Origin: an uncultured Bacilli bacterium
GTDB lineage: Bacteria; Bacillota_I; Bacilli_A; RF39; UBA660
DNA length: 52,599 nucleotides
NCBI GenBank assembly: GCA_947626515.1
Contig: CANQSL010000004.1
Location: 1 to 52,599, forward strand
Direction: 5' to 3'
The position numbers and the translations under genes are program-made. The notes beneath the pieces were generated by a model, which had not been told where the DNA came from, did not search any database, and saw only the letters and a program-made list of their open reading frames with translations. This document shows positions 1-8,116 of the stretch, in pieces; position 1 is the first letter of the stretch, and each line of letters begins with the position of its first letter.

Positions 1-1301
1 GGCATCTTTAATACATTGTCTATAACATCTTCATTATATCCAACAAAAGAATATCCAGATCTTAGACCATAATTTATTTCAATTTCTTCATCATAGTAAT
101 ATGTTCCAGCTCCCGTAGCTTCTGCATAACCAATATCCATATTTATAGTTAGAACATATTTATTTCTCGAATATTTATACTCTAATACTGTATTGCCATT
201 ACCATCTATACTTATTTCTTTTTCTTGAGGACTAGTAAATCCTTCATAAGTTTTTACTTTAGGCATTACTTTACTATCAGTAGTTCCCTTTAATATTTCA
301 ATTTCATCAGGTTCTACTTCATACTCACCATTTAAATTCATCTTATAATGTTTTACTGTATAAACTGTATCATTATTAGGTGAACTATATAAACTTAGTA
401 CTGTATCACTAGCTGGTACTGTAAACACATCATTTTTAAGATCTAAACTATAATGAGAAAACTTATAACCTTCCTTCAAAGAATATTTTATATCAACTTT
501 TTCGCCATAATAATAAGTTCCTTCACCTAATGCAGATTCAATACCATCATCTTTTTCAAGAGTTAAAATATATTTATTTCTTATATAATAGTATTTAATG
601 ACAGTACTGCCATCACTTTTTACATCTACTTCTTTTATAGTAGGTTTACTAAATCCCTCATACTCCTTAGGATCAGGAGATACTTTAGAATTCTCTTCAG
701 CCTTTAATACTTCACTTTCAGTTGGTACTTTTGGAAAATCTCCTTTTAAATCCATTTGATAGTGTTCTACTGTATAATCAACATAATTTATAGGTACAAA
801 AACAGAAGCAGTTTTTTGCCATTTTGCAACTATTAAAATATCTTTTGTAACCAAAGTATCAAAATCAAATTTTTCATTATTTACATACCATCCTAAAAAA
901 GTATAACCACTTCTTAAAGGAACTTCAGGTTCTTGAACTTTTTTATTATATTCTACTTTTAAATTTGTTTTATTTAACCCAGTATCAATAATTACATCAT
1001 ATTCATTAATTTTCCACTTAGCCTTTAAACTTATATTTTTATGTATTTTAGTATTAATATCAAATAATTTTCCATCCAAATACCATCCTTCAAATGTATA
1101 ACCCTCTTTGCTAGGAGTTTTAATTTTTATTTTTTCTCCTGCTTTAATTTCTAAAGTTTTACCAGTATCAAATGTGATAGTATAAGTTTTATTACACGCC
1201 GAAATAGCAATAAGTACAATCGTAAGTATTGCTATTATTCCTATCGGCAAAGTATATTTGCTTTTTAAAATACTATTATTTCCTTTTTTATTCTTAACCA
1301 T
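1..1301 (-). CDS. Cell-surface repeat protein, 5' part only (gene runs off the window at position 1). It has an N-terminal membrane/lipobox-like anchor, Listeria-Bacteroides (Flg_new) repeats, then tandem ~110-aa modules.
   Basis: Not in the ORF track because there is no stop inside the window. My translation of the minus strand from ATG 1301-1299 gives MVKNKKGNNSILKSKYTLPIGIIAILTIVLIAISACNKTYTITFDTGKTLEIKAGEKIKIKTPSKEGYTFEGWYLDGKLFDINTKIHKNISLKAKW... and stays open to position 1. EGYTFEGWY...LKAKW is the Flg_new signature. Two later ~110-aa repeats begin DYTVEHYQMDL and VYTVKHYKMNL. Confidence 0.8.
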   Translation of the reverse strand, partial: MVKNKKGNNSILKSKYTLPIGIIAILTIVLIAISACNKTYTITFDTGKTLEIKAGEKIKIKTPSKEGYTFEGWYLDGKLFDINTKIHKNISLKAKWKINEYDVIIDTGLNKTNLKVEYNKKVQEPEVPLRSGYTFLGWYVNNEKFDFDTLVTKDILIVAKWQKTASVFVPINYVDYTVEHYQMDLKGDFPKVPTESEVLKAEENSKVSPDPKEYEGFSKPTIKEVDVKSDGSTVIKYYYIRNKYILTLEKDDGIESALGEGTYYYGEKVDIKYSLKEGYKFSHYSLDLKNDVFTVPASDTVLSLYSSPNNDTVYTVKHYKMNLNGEYEVEPDEIEILKGTTDSKVMPKVKTYEGFTSPQEKEISIDGNGNTVLEYKYSRNKYVLTINMDIGYAEATGAGTYYYDEEIEINYGLRSGYSFVGYNEDVIDNVLKM

Positions 1302-1330
1302 AATAATCCCCCTGATTTTATTTAGAAATT

Positions 1331-1357
1331 AAAACCTGTTAAAATTTAACAGGTTTT
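1331..1357 (-). terminator. Terminator-like hairpin downstream of the 615-aa secreted protein gene
   Basis: 27-nt near-perfect palindrome aaaacctgttaaa-a-tttaacaggtttt, 8 nt after the stop at 1365. A/T runs flank both arms. Confidence 0.55.
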
Positions 1358-1364
1358 ATTGACA

Positions 1365-3212
1365 TTATTTTTTTGCAGCAGTATCGTCTGTAAATTTTAT
1401 TTGATATTTTTGATCTTTTTGTACACCGTCTTTTTCATAAGTAACTGTTACATCTATAGTACAATTAATATAATTAGAAAGTTGTAATTGAATTTTATTG
1501 TCTTTTGTAGCACTATTAGCAATATCTGCTTTTAATTGATCGGCAACATTATTTAAAGCAGCATCTGTACTTACATCTTGATTTTTTTGAGTAATTGTAT
1601 TTTTATTTTTTATTGTATAAGAAACTTTTTTAGCGTCAGTAAATATACCTTTTACTACATCTGTTAATCCTAAACCTGCAAAATTCATTACAGATTGAGT
1701 TTTATCATTAATTTTGAAATTAATTACAGGATTTGTTTCTTTATTTTCTATAACTATTTCACTTATGCCTTGTTTACCTTGAATTTTTTCTTTTACTTTT
1801 TTTGCCACTTCTTCAAGTGTTTCTGTTTTTACTTTATCAATAACTTTATTTACTTCTGTATAATCTGGAGTAAATTCTAATGTATAACTTTGTTCAGCTT
1901 TTTCTCCATTTATTTCAAATATTACTCTTGCAGTAGCCTTTTTACCAATTAAATCAGATAATTTAATACCTGTATCTACTGTGCTAATAGTTCTAGCAGC
2001 TTGTAAATTTGCTTTCTTTCCACTCATTTTTTCTAATAACTCGATAGCCCACTCTTCAACATTGGCAGATGTTACATCTGCAGGTACATCTATTGTTGTA
2101 GTTTCTTTTCCAACAGTATAAATAATTTGTTTTGCATCTTTATAATTTTCTAAAAACATTTCTATAATTCCAGAACCATGTAAAGTTGCAACATCATTAG
2201 TTCCTGTTTTTACAGCAAAACTTAATGTATTGTTTTCATATTTTACTTCACTAAATCCATAAGTTTCTAAACTACCATTTTGGAAAGTATCAGAAATAAA
2301 TTCAGTTAAAGCTTGTTCTTTTTCTGCAACAATTTTCTTTTCATCGTAAGCAAATTTCAATGTATATTTTTCAGTTCCTAAATCTAATCCATCACTATAA
2401 TAGTTAATATTTAATGTAATAGATTTATTTGCAACATCTCTATATACTAAATCTTTTGCATCTTTTTTATTTACTGATAGAGCAGTTAATACTTCTTCAG
2501 CAAATTTTTCTATTTCTTCTACATTTAATTTATTAAAATTAATAGTTTTCTTATTAAATGTTATAGATTTTATTCCTTTAACATTTTTATTTGATAAGAA
2601 TTTCGTAGCTTCATCTAAAATAACTTGTTTAATATTCTTAATTGGTGTATCTAAATCACTAATAGTTACAGTTAAAGTTTTATTTTTAAATTCAAATTTT
2701 TCTACTCCATATTCTTGGCTTGCTATACTGCTATTTAAATTATTTGCACTAGCAGTCATTGCTTGTTCATCTTTTTTTATTATATCACTTGAATCTAATG
2801 GAACTTCATTAATTGCTGTAACAATTGGCATTTTATTATCTTTAAAAACCTTTTTTATATCTACTTTCTTCATTTGAAGACTTTTTCCAGATCCATATCC
2901 ACCAGTGATTTCATATAAAATATTTATATTTTTGCCATCACCAGCTAAATAATATATTGGTGTTTTACCATCAAATTTATCTCTATAAGCATCAACAGCT
3001 TTTCTTACTTCATCAACAGAAAGATGAAAGCTATCTAAAGTATAAATTCTTTCTCCAATTATCATGGAATTTCCAAAATATTTAACGCTTTCTCCTGTTG
3101 ATAACTTATAATTTTTTTGTGTTAAATCAAAATTTTCTTTAGCATCAACTCTATTAAAGCCTATAAAAGTAGCCCCTGATAAAATTAATGCTGCTAATAA
3201 AGTTTTTTTCAT
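1365..3212 (-). CDS. Secreted repeat protein of unknown function (signal peptide, ~160-aa internal modules)
   Basis: Signal peptide MKKTLLAALILSGATFIGFNRVDA. Module ends recur at about aa 290, 450 and 610 (EKYTLKFAYDE, QSYTLEFTPDY, QKYQIKFTDD). Module starts also recur (QEYGVEKFEFKNKTLTVTI, ETYGFSEVKYENNTLSFAV). AAAGGAAA SD lies before the ATG. Confidence 0.8.
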   Translation of the reverse strand: MKKTLLAALILSGATFIGFNRVDAKENFDLTQKNYKLSTGESVKYFGNSMIIGERIYTLDSFHLSVDEVRKAVDAYRDKFDGKTPIYYLAGDGKNINILYEITGGYGSGKSLQMKKVDIKKVFKDNKMPIVTAINEVPLDSSDIIKKDEQAMTASANNLNSSIASQEYGVEKFEFKNKTLTVTISDLDTPIKNIKQVILDEATKFLSNKNVKGIKSITFNKKTINFNKLNVEEIEKFAEEVLTALSVNKKDAKDLVYRDVANKSITLNINYYSDGLDLGTEKYTLKFAYDEKKIVAEKEQALTEFISDTFQNGSLETYGFSEVKYENNTLSFAVKTGTNDVATLHGSGIIEMFLENYKDAKQIIYTVGKETTTIDVPADVTSANVEEWAIELLEKMSGKKANLQAARTISTVDTGIKLSDLIGKKATARVIFEINGEKAEQSYTLEFTPDYTEVNKVIDKVKTETLEEVAKKVKEKIQGKQGISEIVIENKETNPVINFKINDKTQSVMNFAGLGLTDVVKGIFTDAKKVSYTIKNKNTITQKNQDVSTDAALNNVADQLKADIANSATKDNKIQLQLSNYINCTIDVTVTYEKDGVQKDQKYQIKFTDDTAAKK

Positions 3213-3235
3213 ATTAATTTCCTTTCTTTTATTAA

Positions 3236-4375
3236 TTATGCTTCTCTAACAGTATACGTTGTATTTGCATCATTGTCAAATACCATGTCATATGTTGTGC
3301 CTGGTTTGTAACTTGGAGCTTGAACTCCATCAATACTAGCTAAATATTTATGAGCTTGAATTGCGCCATCGATACTTGCGCTTAGTGTATAGTAAGTTGC
3401 ACCATTATTAACTTTTAAAATTGGTAATATTCCATCATTTGATGCAGTATAACGATAAGTTGATGCAGCAACTGTATGTTTTACAGTCTTTGTATCTTTT
3501 AATGATCCACAAGTAACTTCATAAACTGATGTAATAGTACTATCACTTTTTCCTCTATAAACTTTCTTTACTTTTCCTAAAGTAGCAGTAGTATTAGAAG
3601 GTGTAGTATTTTTAGTATTAGCTATAGTACATCCGCTAGATTTGTAATTAATGCTTGTGTTTCCTTTTTCTATAGTTTTAGGTTGTATAGCTGCTAATGC
3701 TGCTATCATGTTAGCTTCTTCTTGAGTTATAACTGTTACATTAATAGTAGCAACTTGTCCATCAACAGTTACTGTAATTGTAGCACTACCTTTTCCTGTA
3801 GCAGTAATTACTCCATTATTTACAGTTGCAACATTGCTATTGCTAGATGTCCAAACAGCATACTTATTAGTTGCATAGCTAGGATATATAGTTAAATAAA
3901 CTGTTGAGCTATTTCCTACAACTAAATTTAAAGATGTTTGGCTAAGGCTTATACTTGAAACCCTAACTGTTGTTGGTCTTGTTGAAACTGGGACAGTAGT
4001 AGTTGATTCTTCTGGTGTAGCACTTTCAACACATTTGCAATTTTCCTTGTCAAGTTCAAATCCTTCTTCACAAGTTAATGAACATACACCTTTTTCCCAT
4101 TTAGCATATAAAGTTATATTCTTAGTAATTTTAGTATCAAAGTCAAATTCTTCTTTGTCATCTAAATCTAGATACCATCCTTCGAATGTATAACCTTCCC
4201 TTGTTGGGTCTTCTGGTTCTGTAGCTTTTTTTCCTTTTACTACAGTTTGTTCCTCTACTTCAGAACCACCTTTGCTATCAAAAGTAACTGTATATTCTAT
4301 TTTTGAACATCCACATCCTGTCAAAGCGAAACAAATACTAAGCATTAATATGCACATCATAATTGTTTTTTTCAT
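3236..4375 (-). CDS. Surface lipoprotein with a Flg_new repeat and a Big_2-like Ig domain
   Basis: Lipobox LTGC after the signal peptide. REGYTFEGWYLDLDDKEEFDFDTKITKNITLYAKW matches the Flg_new repeat. SISLSQTSLNLVVGNSSTVYLTIYPSYATNKYAVWTSSNSNVATVNNGVITATGKGSATITVTV matches a Big_2-type pattern. AAGGAGAG SD. Confidence 0.85.
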   Translation of the reverse strand: MKKTIMMCILMLSICFALTGCGCSKIEYTVTFDSKGGSEVEEQTVVKGKKATEPEDPTREGYTFEGWYLDLDDKEEFDFDTKITKNITLYAKWEKGVCSLTCEEGFELDKENCKCVESATPEESTTTVPVSTRPTTVRVSSISLSQTSLNLVVGNSSTVYLTIYPSYATNKYAVWTSSNSNVATVNNGVITATGKGSATITVTVDGQVATINVTVITQEEANMIAALAAIQPKTIEKGNTSINYKSSGCTIANTKNTTPSNTTATLGKVKKVYRGKSDSTITSVYEVTCGSLKDTKTVKHTVAASTYRYTASNDGILPILKVNNGATYYTLSASIDGAIQAHKYLASIDGVQAPSYKPGTTYDMVFDNDANTTYTVREA

Positions 4376-4481
4376 TCTATTTCTCTCCTTTACTAAAATC
4401 TTATGTATTAACTAGAAAAATTAGATAAAAAATTACTAAAATTTCTTTTTCACATTTTCCCCACACATAAAAATTACCATT

Positions 4482-4509
4482 ATTATATTAAAATTTAAAA
4501 AAATGTCAA
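4482..4509 (-). promoter_or_regulatory. Sigma-A type promoter for the lipoprotein / secreted-protein genes
   Basis: Minus strand reads TTGACA (4509-4504), 16-nt spacer, TATAAT (4487-4482), about 105 nt upstream of the ATG at 4375. Confidence 0.55.
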
Positions 4510-4760
4510 GTATTTTCGAAAACTTTTTTTATATTTGTTTTTGCTTACTCCTTTCTAATTAATATATAAAAAAATTATATAAGTATAACCCCCCCCAAGC
4601 GAACTAAAGTTTGCTATGGAGAAGGCCATGGTTATATAATCTTTTTCGATATATTATTACATTTTTTTCATTTCAATTATAGCATATTAATTTATATAAA
4701 AACAACATAAAAATAATCTACTTGATAGATACTTTACCAAAAATTTCCAAAAAAAAAGAA

Positions 4761-5651
4761 CTAATCTTTTATATTTTTAAATATTGGATGTCTTAAGTGA
4801 CCATTCTTAGTTTTTTCCAAAAAAGATACAGTACATTTTATAGTGGGTTCTATATATGTATATTCTGGATTATCAAAATCTAAAAATTTACTTTTACATA
4901 CTTTAGCTTTTTTTATTATTTTGTAGTCATCTTTTTTCTTACCTAAAGTTACTTTACTTACAAATTTAAATTTATTATCTTTATATTCTCCAATAAGTAA
5001 TGATATAACAAAACTATCATCTTTATCTAAATACCCACCTATATAATAGTCATCATCTTTTATATTTTTTATTTTAATCCAATCATTAACTCTCTCTCCA
5101 ATAGTATAAGTACTATTTTTCTTTTTAGCAATAATACCTTCTAAATCTAATTTTTTAACACTTTTAAATAGTTTTATGCCATCATCAAATATTTTAGTCT
5201 TAACAAAATAATCATTGTCTTTATATTTAGATAAAATTTTTTTTCTCTCTATTAATGTTTTATTTGTCAAATCATTATTTTCATATAATATATCAAAACA
5301 TACAAAAGTTACTGGATAATTGTCTTCAAAATATTTTATTTTTTTTAAATCTTTTAAATGAGATCTTTCTTGTAATTTAGAAAATGATGGTTTACCATTA
5401 TCCATCACTACGATTTCTCCATCAAATATACATTTTTTATTCCCTACAATTTTTTTTAATATATTAAGTTCAGGATATAACTTAGTCATATCATAAGTTT
5501 TTCTATTTTTTATAGTTACGCTATCACTATCTATATAAAGTAATGCTCTTATTCCATCAAATTTTATTTCATATAAATAATCTTTATCATTAAATACTTT
5601 TTCTTGTTCTATAAGTAACATAGGTTTAATACTCTTTTTAAATAAATCCAT
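4761..5651 (-). CDS. ligD: ATP-dependent DNA ligase, LigD ligase-domain-only type (NHEJ)
   Basis: Adenylation motif I YEIKFDGIRAL (KxDG). At 296 aa there is no room for polymerase or phosphoesterase domains. Its start overlaps the Ku stop by 1 nt (TAATG). Confidence 0.85.
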   Translation of the reverse strand: MDLFKKSIKPMLLIEQEKVFNDKDYLYEIKFDGIRALLYIDSDSVTIKNRKTYDMTKLYPELNILKKIVGNKKCIFDGEIVVMDNGKPSFSKLQERSHLKDLKKIKYFEDNYPVTFVCFDILYENNDLTNKTLIERKKILSKYKDNDYFVKTKIFDDGIKLFKSVKKLDLEGIIAKKKNSTYTIGERVNDWIKIKNIKDDDYYIGGYLDKDDSFVISLLIGEYKDNKFKFVSKVTLGKKKDDYKIIKKAKVCKSKFLDFDNPEYTYIEPTIKCTVSFLEKTKNGHLRHPIFKNIKD

Positions 5652-6400
5652 TATGCAGTTTTCTCCTTTAAGCTTTTCTCTAATGCATCCATTAAATTTT
5701 TAACACTGATAGTTTTTTTAGATTTAGCTTTTTTAATTGTTTTTCCATCAATTTTCTTATCTATTGCATCTTTTATCTTATTTTGATAATCATCTACATA
5801 TTCACTAGGATTAAAATGTCCAGACATACTTTCTATTAATTTTAATGCTAAATCCATTTCTTTTTCTGTATATTTTTCTTCTACAGTCTCTTCATATTCA
5901 CGTATTTCTTCTTCATAATAAAGTGTTGTCATAATTATATTGCCTTCATTAAATCTCAATATTGCATAATATGTTTTATCTCTTATAACAGTTCTTGCTA
6001 ATGCTACTTTTTTAGATTTAGTTAATGCCTTCTTAAATAAACTAAAAGCTTTATTTTTACCATCAGTTCTTAAAAAATAACTTTTTTCAAAATATATTGG
6101 ATCTACTTCATCTATATTTATAAAACTAATAATTTCTATTTGTTTTTCTTCATCACTCTTTATTTTTTCAAAATCTTCATCATTAAAAATCACATATTTA
6201 TCAGTATTATATTCATAACCTTTTACTAAATCATTATTATTTACATTTTTTTTACAATGGTTACAATATTTTATATAGCTGATTCTATTTAGACATTTTT
6301 TATGTAAATAATTAAATGATGTATCATTATTTTTTATTGCTGGATTTAAATTAACTGGAATATTTACTAATCCAAATGTAATTGCACTTTTTAAAGCCAT
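5651..6400 (-). CDS. ku: Ku DNA end-binding protein (NHEJ)
   Basis: MALKSAITFGLVNIPVNL... is a typical bacterial Ku N-terminus, and the C-terminal tail is Lys-rich. Start placed at ATG 6400 (AGGTGA SD 5 nt upstream). The track start at 6409 is a GTG lying inside that SD. Confidence 0.85.
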   Translation of the reverse strand: MALKSAITFGLVNIPVNLNPAIKNNDTSFNYLHKKCLNRISYIKYCNHCKKNVNNNDLVKGYEYNTDKYVIFNDEDFEKIKSDEEKQIEIISFINIDEVDPIYFEKSYFLRTDGKNKAFSLFKKALTKSKKVALARTVIRDKTYYAILRFNEGNIIMTTLYYEEEIREYEETVEEKYTEKEMDLALKLIESMSGHFNPSEYVDDYQNKIKDAIDKKIDGKTIKKAKSKKTISVKNLMDALEKSLKEKTA

Positions 6401-6521
6401 AAATATCACCTAAATTTAGTATGATTTATTTATACTAAAAAATTCATATTTTGTTTTAACAATTATTTCCTGTATATCTATATAAGATTTTTTCAAACTA
6501 ATAGTAGAAAGGAGAAAAAAT

Positions 6522-7265
6522 ATGTCAAAAAAAGTTTTTAATTTATTTGTGTTTTTACTTTTATTAATGATTCCAATTTTTAATGCAAATGCAGCAACTG
6601 AAGTCAGTGTTAAAAATCAACAAGAATTATTGGAAGCTTTAGAAGATGAAGACGTAAAAGTAATTAATTTAAGTGAAGGTATAAATACTACTCAAAAAAT
6701 TAATATAACTAGAGATGTAACTATTAATGGTAATGGTTATAAAATAAAATACGTCGGAACATTTAAAGATGGAAGTAAAGATAATACTGAATGGGCTGGT
6801 ATATACGTTTTACAAGTATATAAAGCAAATGTTACATTAAAAGATATTAAACTTTCTGGTGGTAACGCAGCATTATTAGTAAACGGAGGAAACGTTAATT
6901 TAGAAGGCACAATAGACGTATCAGGCAATGGCTTTGGAGGTATTGAATTAGGTAAAGGTCAAGGAGTTACTGAAACACCTAAATTAGAATTAGACAATGC
7001 TTCAATAGTAAATAGTACTGAAAGTGATAATAAACCTTCTATTTGGGTACCAGAAGATACTGAAAACGCAATTCTTGTAGTAAACGGTATAGAAAAGACT
7101 TTAAAAGCTGATGAAGAATTGAGTATTACAGAAATGAAAGAATTATTCGATGAAAAAGTAGAAAACCCAAAAACTGGAGACAATATCTTATTATATATTG
7201 GTACTATTATAATTAGTACATTAGGAATTGTTATAACTTCCAAAAACATATTAAAAGAATATTAA
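6522..7265 (+). CDS. Secreted beta-helix-like protein with a sortase-B type NPKTG cell-wall sorting signal
   Basis: Signal peptide MSKKVFNLFVFLLLLMIPIFNANA. G/N-rich repeats GGNAALLVNGGNVNLEGTIDVSGNGFGGIEL. NPKTG at nt 7164-7178, followed by the hydrophobic stretch NILLYIGTIIISTLGIVIT and a basic tail SKNILKEY. AGGAGA SD. Confidence 0.75.
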   Translation: MSKKVFNLFVFLLLLMIPIFNANAATEVSVKNQQELLEALEDEDVKVINLSEGINTTQKINITRDVTINGNGYKIKYVGTFKDGSKDNTEWAGIYVLQVYKANVTLKDIKLSGGNAALLVNGGNVNLEGTIDVSGNGFGGIELGKGQGVTETPKLELDNASIVNSTESDNKPSIWVPEDTENAILVVNGIEKTLKADEELSITEMKELFDEKVENPKTGDNILLYIGTIIISTLGIVITSKNILKEY

Positions 7266-7290
7266 AAAATCGATTTCTCGATTTTTTTTT
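7266..7290. terminator. Bidirectional terminator between the convergent NPKTG-protein and srtB genes
   Basis: Stem aaaatcga / tcgatttt with loop tttc, flanked by an A-run on the left and a T9 run on the right. Confidence 0.65.
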
Positions 7291-8080
7291 ATCTTTCTTC
7301 TAACTTTATTAATTTAGCATGTACAACTAATCTAATTCCATTAGAATTATAACAACTTGATAAAGTAAGAATTCTATCATTAGTATTAACTAAAGTATTA
7401 AAATCAAATACACTTCTTTTTTTTATTTTATCTAAATATTCTTTATATTCATCATTACCATCAAAAAACGTTTTTAAATAATATGTTTCATTATGTATTT
7501 TATAAACACTAAATATTTGCCAAATACTATTTTTATTTGGTGTAGATATTTTTATAATACGATTATTAATATTATTAAACCATTCTTCAGTCAATAAATT
7601 TTTTAAACTGCCAAACATAGTATCATTATTCATTCTATGTCCATATATTATTGTATTATAATTATCATCATCTAAATTATTTCTATAATCTAAAAATATC
7701 CATCCTGCATAATTTTCACTTTTGTCAAAAGAATGATTCAAATAATATTTATTATCTGTTGATTTTACTACTGGATAATCAATACTAGTCCCATCTAATT
7801 TTATATAACCTACTGTTTCATTATTGGTCTCTAATAAACTTTTAAAATCTACTTCTAAAAAAGAAGAGTTAACATAATTCCAATATGAATCATTTTTGTC
7901 TTCAGGCATATTAACTAAACTTTCATATTTGCTTTCACTAGTATTAATTATTAAAGATTCACTAATCATATTTTTAATTTTTTTATTATTATCTAAATCA
8001 TTAGTCCATTCTAAAAATTTATTAAAAGAAAATATAAATAAAATTATAAAAAAAGTTAATAAAAAATATTTTTTATTCAC
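7289..8080 (-). CDS. srtB: Class B sortase
   Basis: N-terminal TM segment. VGYIKLDGTSIDYPVVKSTDNKYYLNHSF, catalytic His in IIYGHRM, Cys in LTLSSCY, Arg in GIRLVVHAK. Apparent GTG start at 8080; the next in-frame ATG would remove the membrane anchor. Confidence 0.85.
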   Translation of the reverse strand: MNKKYFLLTFFIILFIFSFNKFLEWTNDLDNNKKIKNMISESLIINTSESKYESLVNMPEDKNDSYWNYVNSSFLEVDFKSLLETNNETVGYIKLDGTSIDYPVVKSTDNKYYLNHSFDKSENYAGWIFLDYRNNLDDDNYNTIIYGHRMNNDTMFGSLKNLLTEEWFNNINNRIIKISTPNKNSIWQIFSVYKIHNETYYLKTFFDGNDEYKEYLDKIKKRSVFDFNTLVNTNDRILTLSSCYNSNGIRLVVHAKLIKLEER

Positions 8081-8116
8081 AAAATCACCATTAATATTAT
8101 GAATAAAAAATACGAG

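Noticed and set aside
1695-1880. Short antisense ORFs from the track: 1695..1880, 6737..6928, 6959..7249, 7896..8102, 8496..8681, 9108..9293, 10828..11061, 15284..15472, 18356..18544, 22523..22720, 22991..23272, 27702..27974, 29264..29512, 29855..30250, 32427..32642, 33634..33867, 46739..46942, 48030..48212, 48842..49117
   Set aside because: Each is fully or mostly embedded antisense in a longer ORF with recognisable motifs or a good SD. None has its own ribosome-binding site, and their compositions are the mirror image of the sense-strand codon bias.
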